DNA of 35,946 nt from Spirochaetota bacterium. Lineage in GTDB: Bacteria > Spirochaetota > UBA4802 > JAFGDQ01. Under the pieces are notes generated by a model. It was not told the origin of the DNA. It worked only from the letters and a program-made list of their open reading frames with translations, and did no database searches. This document shows positions 29,041 to 35,946 of the stretch, piece by piece. Position 1 is the stretch's first letter. Every line of letters begins with the position of its first letter. The position numbers were made by a program, and so were the translations under genes. The stretch covers positions 1-35,946 of the forward strand of contig JAZDKB010000026.1 of assembly GCA_043803405.1 (NCBI GenBank). The letters are read 5' to 3'.

Positions 29041-29835
29041 TCAAAATGCGGATTCCATTTCTGACAATGAAGGTTCATAGAAAATCTGATTAAGATACAA
29101 TCCATAAGGCGGGGCGGTTTTTCCTCCTGCATCCCTGTTTTTCTGATCCAGAATAGTTTTAATATATGCCGGATCAACATTTTCTTTATGAAGATCAAGA
29201 ATCGTACCAATAATAATTCTGACCATATTATGAAGGAACGCATTGCCCCTGATCCGGAAAATGATAAATTCCCTGAATTTAATAATATCGAACTCTTCGA
29301 TTCTTCTCACCGTGTTTTCTTCTGCTGACGTTTTTTTACAAAAGGATGCGAAATCTTTCTCACCAATAAAGTGTTCTGCCGCTCTTTTTAAATAATCTAT
29401 ATCGAGATCATAGCTGATCCATACTGCCCTTTTTGTATCGAACGGACTCTTTAACGGGTGATTATAAATAATATAGAGATACTCCCTTCCGAGGGCGCTA
29501 AAGCGTGCGTGAAAATCCGACGGGACAAGATAGGCGTTTTTTATCTTTACATCGTTGTCCAGAATACCGTTAAGGCTAATGCAAAGTTTTTGCAGAGAGA
29601 TATCCGAGGAAAAATCAAAGTGAATTACCTGACCAAGGGCGTGGACTCCTGTATCGGTCCGTCCTGCGGCAATCACTCTTATATCTTTTTTTAATAATAC
29701 CTTAAGCGCCTTTTCGATTTCGCCCTGAACAGTCCTTCCTCTATCCTGGATTTGCCATCCGTTAAAGTCAGTGCCGTCATACTGAATTAAAAGAGCGATT
29801 CTACTTCTGTCCCCCGAGTTCCTTGTAATACTCAT
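29041..29835 (-). CDS. truA: tRNA pseudouridine(38-40) synthase
   Basis: YDGTDFNGWQ, AGRTDTGVHA, FHARFSA, AFLHNMVR, TAPPYGLYL. Confidence 0.97.
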   Translation of the reverse strand: MSITRNSGDRSRIALLIQYDGTDFNGWQIQDRGRTVQGEIEKALKVLLKKDIRVIAAGRTDTGVHALGQVIHFDFSSDISLQKLCISLNGILDNDVKIKNAYLVPSDFHARFSALGREYLYIIYNHPLKSPFDTKRAVWISYDLDIDYLKRAAEHFIGEKDFASFCKKTSAEENTVRRIEEFDIIKFREFIIFRIRGNAFLHNMVRIIIGTILDLHKENVDPAYIKTILDQKNRDAGGKTAPPYGLYLNQIFYEPSLSEMESAF

Positions 29836-30691
29836 CTAGCATTTCGTTTATTTTATCATATAAATTTCTGATCATATCTATAAGATGACCCGGCTTTGAT
29901 TTTGAAGCTTTACCGCTTCCGAAAAGCCTGCTTAAATATATTCTAGTGGTTTCAAAATTTTTAATTCTTTTTTGGATGTCTTTTTCGTTGATTCCGAATT
30001 TAATCGTTAATACTGCGCACATATACAGAATACCGTCATATCCCCAGTTCTTCTCAGCATCCGGACCTATATGCCCTGCGTCCTCAAGGTTTTCTTTGCC
30101 GGACTGGAGCAAATTCATACTATCCAGATAAAACTTATATGCCTTCATGTAAAAAAAATCGGAGAATCTTTTATACAGATTATTCGATGTTTCTTTCGCA
30201 AGATCACTGAAAAGCCATGCAGCCCTTATTGAAGAAACGGCTTTTTTTATTACCGGCGCTACATTTGCACCCCTGAAACCGTAACAATCCACTGCGAGCA
30301 TGTACGATGCAGCACCCAGGAGAAGATCCCTTTCATTGTCGAAGCTGGCATCTCCGAAATATTTCCTTAGGGAATTCATACGCGCTTCGCTTGTGCCGGC
30401 AAGCTTTGTTATTTCTTCCGGGGTAAGCTTGTCGATGTCTTTCTGGAATGTTGCAAAAAGACATTTTGGACATACTGTTACAAGATACGCGAGCGGATAT
30501 ATTTTACCGAACTTTTCATTCTTTTCGTATAATCTGCGCAGTTCATCTGTAAGCTTGCCCGCAATAAGTCTGCCGCCTCCTGTCAGCATTTCTTCACGCA
30601 GAAATTCGTTGGAGCAGACAGGACATTTGGTAAATTCCTTATGCTTATAAGAAATTTTCTTTATTTTTGGTTTATCATTAAAATTCAACAA
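29801..30691 (-). CDS. DUF2225 domain protein
   Basis: CPVC...REEMLTGGGRLIAG...CPKC; start placed at TTG 30691 (AGGA 8 nt upstream) rather than 30775. Confidence 0.85.
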   Translation of the reverse strand: MLNFNDKPKIKKISYKHKEFTKCPVCSNEFLREEMLTGGGRLIAGKLTDELRRLYEKNEKFGKIYPLAYLVTVCPKCLFATFQKDIDKLTPEEITKLAGTSEARMNSLRKYFGDASFDNERDLLLGAASYMLAVDCYGFRGANVAPVIKKAVSSIRAAWLFSDLAKETSNNLYKRFSDFFYMKAYKFYLDSMNLLQSGKENLEDAGHIGPDAEKNWGYDGILYMCAVLTIKFGINEKDIQKRIKNFETTRIYLSRLFGSGKASKSKPGHLIDMIRNLYDKINEMLDEYYKELGGQK

Positions 30692-30742
30692 AATAGAAAT
30701 CCTGATCTTAATTATATTTATATAACGAGGGTATTCTGACAA

Positions 30743-30771
30743 ATTATAGCTTGTCGATGTTTTTTGGTCAA
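30743..30771 (-). promoter_or_regulatory. Sigma70 promoter of the DUF2225-truA operon
   Basis: Minus strand TTGACC (30771-30766) - 17 bp - TATAAT (30748-30743). Confidence 0.7.
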
Positions 30772-30918
30772 ACAATTTAAAATCAATTTCTTTATAGTAG
30801 TCCTAATAATTACTTTTTATTATATTTGACTTGTTTTAAAATTCACGCTCTGGATAATGTATGATACATATATATTTTTTTTAAATTAAAAAAAGTAATT
30901 AATTAGTCTGTTATAATA

Positions 30919-31536
30919 ATGTTCCCTGAATCGAAAAAGATAAACGAGATTTCAAAAAAAATAGTAAGTGACTGGCATATAATTGAAGACAATATCTTGT
31001 CTTTAAATGATGCATTATCTAAAATGAGCAACATAAATAAATCTGATATTTATTATCATATTGAATTGCTGTCCCTGATAAACACTGCTCTATGGCATGA
31101 AGAAGACAAAGCGCGCGATCCGGATGCAGATGACAGTAACATTGCAGACGTTAAAAGAAAAATAGACAAGCTGAATGCCATGCGCGTCAATAAAGTTGAG
31201 GAAATTGATAAGGTGTTATACCAATCGAATCGCATTAATAATGAGGCGCCTATCAACAGCGAAACTGTAGCCAGTATAATAGACAGGCTGTCTATACTTG
31301 CGTTAAAAAAATATCACATGGAATATGAGGCAAACAGAAAAGACGCACCCGGCGAATTGCGTAATAAATGCGCTCAAAAGCTAATAATGATAAATGGCCA
31401 GTTAATCGATCTTACTAATGCTTATGATCAATTAATTGAAGATATAAAATCCGGCTCAAGGCGATACGCTTTATATGGGCAATTCAAGATGTACAATGAC
31501 CCTGAATTGAATCCCGCAATATATAAAAAATCATAA
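30919..31536 (+). CDS. DUF4254 domain protein
   Basis: LWHEEDKAR, KRKIDKLN, NSET...IDRLSILALK.YHM, KMYNDPELNP. Confidence 0.88.
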   Translation: MFPESKKINEISKKIVSDWHIIEDNILSLNDALSKMSNINKSDIYYHIELLSLINTALWHEEDKARDPDADDSNIADVKRKIDKLNAMRVNKVEEIDKVLYQSNRINNEAPINSETVASIIDRLSILALKKYHMEYEANRKDAPGELRNKCAQKLIMINGQLIDLTNAYDQLIEDIKSGSRRYALYGQFKMYNDPELNPAIYKKS

Positions 31537-31784
31537 TTATAACTTATTTCAAAATAGCTAGTACGCTATCACATTCGTTTTAGATTAATTGTGCTAAAAT
31601 TGAAATACATAACAAAATTCTCTGCGGAATCAGGCCTTCAATGTTAACTTTTTACTTTTTTTTAGTTTTTGCTTCAGGCCTGAAAGGCGTCCTCAATAAT
31701 TTTGCTATGTATTTCAATTTTTAAATTTCAAATGTAACAGTATGCTGTGCCGTGAAACAAATGCTAAATCAAAAAAGTAAATCC

Positions 31785-32819
31785 ATGTTAAATATTCTTC
31801 TTATTCAGTATAAACCTGCCGGAGATGTTCTATTGCTTACCCCTGTAGTGAAAACACTAAAGAAGTCGTTCCCGGATTGCAATATTACATTCCTTGTAAA
31901 CGAAAAAGAATCATCAGTAATAAAGAATTATAAGTTAATCGATAACTTTATTCTGTTAAAAAAGCATTCAAAAAAAGGCTTATTTAATTATATAAACTAT
32001 CTAAAATATAATTTATCGGTCAACCTGCAGATCAGAAAAACCAGATTCGACGCGGTAATTGATTTTATTGAAAATCCTAAATCCGCGTTCACGGCTTTTT
32101 TCAGCGGAGCAGGAATCAGGATCGGAAGAAAGACCGGATTAAGAAGCCTGGCATATAATAAAAGAATAGAGATTCATGAAAATAATGTAAATACAGTGCT
32201 GAGAAGGCTTTATCATCTTAGACCTCTAGGTATAGAAGCCTCCTATATTCCGCCTGAAATAAATCTTGAAGAGCGCGATATTAAATTTGCAGAACAATAT
32301 TTCAATTCGATTAAACTAAATAATGAAAGGCCTGTCATTTTTCTAGCGCCGAACAGCCCCCGCAGCGCCCGCAGATGGAAAGCCGAATATTTTGCAGAAA
32401 CAGCCCGCGCACTGATAAAAACGCATAATGCAAAAATTTTACTGGCATGGGGACCGGGAGAAGAAATCTACACCCAAAAAATTTTAAGCACAATCGGTTT
32501 CGATGCCGGCATGATACCGCTCACGACCTATATGGAAATGGCAGCGCTCTTTTACCGTTCTGTTCTTATTATTACAAACGACAGCGGCCCAAAACATATC
32601 GCCAACGCAGTCGGAGTAAAAAGCATAACTATTTATGGACCTACAAATCCGCATGTATGGAACCACATTGATATGAAAAATAATCCGGCACTAAGATCTG
32701 ATGTCACATGCATACAGTGTGAAAAACGCGAATGCCCGCTTAAGCGTCATATATGCATGGAAAATTTAACTCCCGATATGGTCATTAAAACTGCTGATTT
32801 ATTATTAAAAAAATCATAA
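31785..32819 (+). CDS. Glycosyltransferase family 9 (LPS heptosyltransferase-like)
   Basis: GDVLLLTP, RRW, WGPGE, TNDSGPKHIA, YGPT, C-terminal Cys cluster; alternative starts at 31752 and 31761. Confidence 0.9.
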   Translation: MLNILLIQYKPAGDVLLLTPVVKTLKKSFPDCNITFLVNEKESSVIKNYKLIDNFILLKKHSKKGLFNYINYLKYNLSVNLQIRKTRFDAVIDFIENPKSAFTAFFSGAGIRIGRKTGLRSLAYNKRIEIHENNVNTVLRRLYHLRPLGIEASYIPPEINLEERDIKFAEQYFNSIKLNNERPVIFLAPNSPRSARRWKAEYFAETARALIKTHNAKILLAWGPGEEIYTQKILSTIGFDAGMIPLTTYMEMAALFYRSVLIITNDSGPKHIANAVGVKSITIYGPTNPHVWNHIDMKNNPALRSDVTCIQCEKRECPLKRHICMENLTPDMVIKTADLLLKKS

Positions 32820-32888
32820 TACGGCATTTACATCCTCTATGCAAGCGTCAATGTATTACGCCTTGAAATAAATAAAATTAAGCATACA

Positions 32889-33134
32889 TCAATTTTTAAT
32901 AAATAATTGATGGTATTCAGGTTCGCTCAAATGCTTTCTAAGCATTTTGCTTATTATCTCAAACATATCACTTAACTCGTCATTACTCATCCGCTTAATA
33001 ATTATTTTCATCAGCTCATCATCAGAAAATTTCTGAAGATATACCTGCAACGTATTTTCATCGGATTCCCTGTCCATACCGTAGCCTAAAAAACCGTCAA
33101 AATTTTCTACAAATTTATGTGAATGTTTTACCAT
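32889..33134 (-). CDS. Small conserved hypothetical cytoplasmic protein
   Basis: 81 aa, AAGGA RBS; YLQKFSDD...EYHQLF pattern recalled from anaerobe (Desulfobacterota-like) hypothetical proteins. Confidence 0.75.
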   Translation of the reverse strand: MVKHSHKFVENFDGFLGYGMDRESDENTLQVYLQKFSDDELMKIIIKRMSNDELSDMFEIISKMLRKHLSEPEYHQLFIKN

Positions 33135-33270
33135 TTTATTATCCTTATATTTTTAAATATTTTTTATGATTATTGAAAAATAGTCAATATAAACAAAGAA
33201 TTGTAATAATTATAAATTTACGTTTATTAGCAAATATTATTTTTTTTAAAAATTACATTATAAAATATAA

Positions 33271-33300
33271 TTGACTTTTAAAAATCCGTATCTTTATCTT
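33271..33300 (+). promoter_or_regulatory. Putative promoter of the DRTGG / CBS-kinase pair
   Basis: TTGACT (33271-33276) - 18 bp - TATCTT (33295-33300); GAGG RBS follows. Confidence 0.35.
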
Positions 33301-33320
33301 AAAATAAAGAGGAATAAATA

Positions 33321-33680
33321 ATGAAACTTCAAGAATTGCTCAAAATGATTGATGGTGAATTATTAACCAAGGATGTCAACCTCAACCGCGAAGTCAAAGG
33401 CGGATGCGGAGCTGATCTCATGAGCGATGTACTTGCTTCAATTCAACCAAACGCAGTCCTGCTGACCGGACTTTGCAATCCCCAGGTCGTCCGCACTGCT
33501 CATATTGCCGATGTTGCGGCAATCATTCTTGTTCGCGGAAAACGGCCGCCAAAGGAAACGATTGAACTGGCCAATCAGGAATCAATCCCGCTAGTTTCCT
33601 CCCCTTACGGAATGTTTGAATTATGCGGCCAGCTCTACCGGGCCGGTTTGCCAAGCCTTGAAAAAGACATGAATAAATAA
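33321..33680 (+). CDS. DRTGG domain protein
   Basis: GADLMSDVLA, LLTGL.NPQVVRTA, IILVRGKRP. Confidence 0.88.
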   Translation: MKLQELLKMIDGELLTKDVNLNREVKGGCGADLMSDVLASIQPNAVLLTGLCNPQVVRTAHIADVAAIILVRGKRPPKETIELANQESIPLVSSPYGMFELCGQLYRAGLPSLEKDMNK

Positions 33681-33691
33681 TTTTAGCTATT

Positions 33692-34705
33692 ATGGACAAA
33701 CACATAGCGGATAAAGACAGATTGCGCAAGGAAAGATTAATAACAGATGGCGCAGCCGGACTTATTACAAGAGTCGAAGAGCTGGCCTATGAATTAAAGT
33801 TAGAAGAAGTAATGACACATGACATTGAAACAGTCACTCCGGAAATGCACCTGATGGAGGTTCTTGACTTGTTTCGTGAAAAACGCATATCCGGTTCGCC
33901 CGTTATATCGGATAACAAAATAGTAGGCATCATAAGCATTGAAGACCTAATTCGTTGCCTCCGTCATGGTGACATCGAAAAGCCTGTTTCTGATTATTTT
34001 AGTCCGCATGTCATCACGGTCAACTCGTATGATCCGCTTGTCGAAGCGCTTAAAGTATTTGCACAAACGCACGTAGGCAGGCTGCCTGTTCTGGATAAAT
34101 CGAATAAACTGGTTGGAATCATCACAAAAGGCGACATTAACCGAGGATTATTAAAAGCTCTGGAATCCGATTACCAGGTGGAAGAAGTTATACGCTATCG
34201 AGCAAGCCATCTATTTGAGGATATTGTTTCTGACCGCACGGGATTGATTTTAAGATATAAAATAAAACCACGAGATTTTATACACGGTGGAGCAGCATCA
34301 AGCTATATTAAACGTGCTCTTGCCAGGCTGGGGGCCAATCCGCAGATCGCGCGGCGCTGCGCGATTGCAATCTATGAAGCAGAAATGAACCTTATTATCC
34401 ATGCTACTAACGGCGGCACTATCCGGATCGAGATCGAGCCTCACGAAATATCCATGCTGGCAGTCGACGATGGACCCGGAATACCGGATATTGAACAGGC
34501 CATGCAGCCCGGTTATTCGACCGCTCCCGAAGAGATTCGGGAAATGGGCTTTGGTGCAGGCATGGGATTGAAGAATATTGAACGCTGCGTGGATAAAATA
34601 ATATTAAAATCCACACCCGGAAAAGGAACCAAGCTTGAGATGAAAATTCACATGCAGGACGAGGAAATATTCAAAGAAACGCGTCCTTCAATAGAAGGAT
34701 TTTAA
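33692..34705 (+). CDS. CBS-pair plus RsbT/RsbW-like HATPase Ser/Thr kinase fusion
   Basis: CBS pair (ISGSPV, VGRLPV), then YEAEMNLIIH, DDGPGI, GYSTAP, GFGAGMGL.NI. Confidence 0.88.
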   Translation: MDKHIADKDRLRKERLITDGAAGLITRVEELAYELKLEEVMTHDIETVTPEMHLMEVLDLFREKRISGSPVISDNKIVGIISIEDLIRCLRHGDIEKPVSDYFSPHVITVNSYDPLVEALKVFAQTHVGRLPVLDKSNKLVGIITKGDINRGLLKALESDYQVEEVIRYRASHLFEDIVSDRTGLILRYKIKPRDFIHGGAASSYIKRALARLGANPQIARRCAIAIYEAEMNLIIHATNGGTIRIEIEPHEISMLAVDDGPGIPDIEQAMQPGYSTAPEEIREMGFGAGMGLKNIERCVDKIILKSTPGKGTKLEMKIHMQDEEIFKETRPSIEGF

Positions 34706-34963
34706 TTTCTGAATTATTTAAAATCAGTTTCCCCGGCCTTCCTTAATCTCTATTTAGAAAGCATTTAAAAACTATTTATATGCCAAATTGTAAACATATT
34801 TGGTTTCTCAGGTTCTTGCTGAATATGTTAATTATTACATTATATCTTTACAAAACTTTTATTATAAATTTACCTTTTCTCCTACATGCTATCCCCTCAA
34901 ACCGGCTGACCTGATAACTTAACTTTTTAGTCAGAACAGCAATATATGATAATTTCATTAAAA

Positions 34964-35016
34964 TAAACTACCGATGCCATCGCATCGGTCTCCGCCTTCG
35001 GCGTGGACGGGGTATT
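34964..35016. repeat. REP-like double-hairpin palindromic element
   Basis: ACCGATGC-CATC-GCATCGGT (34970-34989) and CGCC-TTC-GGCG (34993-35003), framed by TAAACTACC...GGGGTATT. Confidence 0.55.
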
Positions 35017-35166
35017 TTGTTTCAAGGCGTTGAAATAAAATTTACGGTGTTCATTTAAATTCAAAAAATAATCTTAGCTGAGTGTGGATTTGTGACGAAA
35101 AACATTTTATTCCATCAGATATGTTGCATTTTGCATTGATTTATTAATCCAGGGACGGTACGCTTA

Positions 35167-35889
35167 ATGTTTAATTTATTAATAATATCAGTAATTGCAG
35201 GTTCGCTTTTTCTAGATGTAAGTAAAATAGAAAATAGTAATTCATCAGCCTGCAAATTATCGTTTTCGGAAAAATATTATCCTCTTTCAGTAGGGAATGA
35301 ACTTTATCTAAATGCGTATAAAAAGGACAATCCTTCTGAAACCATTAAATTAAAAGTTGAAGTGAAAAACATTGAAACTATAGAAGGAGAGAATTTCTAT
35401 TATTTGTGCGCTCCAAAGATGGATATTAGATATCTTATAAAAAGAGATGAAACGGGACTTTATATGAAGATGATTAAATATCCCTTTTTATTTTTTGGCA
35501 ACATAAATGTTCAAATTAAGCCCCCACTAAATGTATTCAAATTTCCTGCTTACGCCGGATTAAAATGGGAGCAGGAAGCAAAGGCTGAAGCCTCATTTAT
35601 GTTCTTTCCGGTTAATAAACATATTAAAGCAAAATTTGAAATAATCGAAAAACAGTTTATCAATACAAATATAGGAAAAATTGAAGCTTATCTTGTTCAG
35701 GTAATGATTAATCATGACAGCTTTAAAAAAAATTATATAATTGAAAAATTCTGGTACGCAAAGGGCATCGGTTATTCCAGGGCGGATACTCAGACACATT
35801 TTGCCGAGATTGCAGGTTACAAAATAAGGGATGAAGAAACAGGCTTATGGGATATCAGGCTTCCTGAAAAAATTGATGAATATTTGTAA
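35167..35889 (+). CDS. Hypothetical exported protein
   Basis: Hydrophobic N-terminus, YYPLSVGN start motif, KFWYAKGIG near the C-terminus (beta-rich exported family). Confidence 0.7.
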   Translation: MFNLLIISVIAGSLFLDVSKIENSNSSACKLSFSEKYYPLSVGNELYLNAYKKDNPSETIKLKVEVKNIETIEGENFYYLCAPKMDIRYLIKRDETGLYMKMIKYPFLFFGNINVQIKPPLNVFKFPAYAGLKWEQEAKAEASFMFFPVNKHIKAKFEIIEKQFINTNIGKIEAYLVQVMINHDSFKKNYIIEKFWYAKGIGYSRADTQTHFAEIAGYKIRDEETGLWDIRLPEKIDEYL

Positions 35890-35946
35890 TAGTGGCAATA
35901 TTCTTCTATTATTTAATACTATTAATAAAATTAATATTTAATTTTA

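Noticed and set aside
23636..33134. Additional selenoproteins from TGA-terminated genes (HAD phosphatase, truA, the 81-aa protein)
   Set aside because: The TGA codons fall at the expected C-termini, not at Cys-type catalytic positions, and no SECIS-like hairpin was noticed
34849..34958. 36-aa minus-strand ORF (MKLSYIAVLTKK...)
   Set aside because: No clear RBS or recognisable homology; likely spurious
243..35799. Numerous 60-190 aa ORFs overlapping or antisense to assigned genes
   Set aside because: Shadow frames of well-supported genes with no recognisable motifs

Overview
AT-rich bacterial chromosomal segment, most likely from an anaerobic Spirochaetota (Leptospira-like lineage; inferred from gene families such as DUF2225 next to truA, a spirochaetal-type lipoprotein and a PorV/UPF0164-like barrel). 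It is mostly housekeeping: pdxJ, cdaA/cdaR, folP, coaX, coaD, rny, dxs, tlyA, gmhB, ddl, lysC, truA. Its centre is a complete selenocysteine cluster, selD - methyltransferase - selC - selA - selB. selD is itself a selenoprotein missed by the ORF track (in-frame TGA at 6444-6446 with a SECIS hairpin 11 nt downstream). The tRNA-Sec has a non-canonical 12-bp acceptor/T branch with a bulged A. The cluster is flanked by enzymes of three second-messenger systems: c-di-AMP (CdaA), c-di-GMP (diguanylate cyclase and HD-GYP) and a class I adenylate cyclase apparently co-transcribed with the HD-GYP gene. Non-coding features include a 72-bp MITE-like element with TAA duplication, a 7x21-bp Fur/PerR-box-like array before selB, a DnaA-box cluster with no dnaA nearby, and a 107-bp three-way-junction palindrome carrying two CsrA-consensus loops. 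No CRISPR array, rRNA, prophage or transposase gene was seen.
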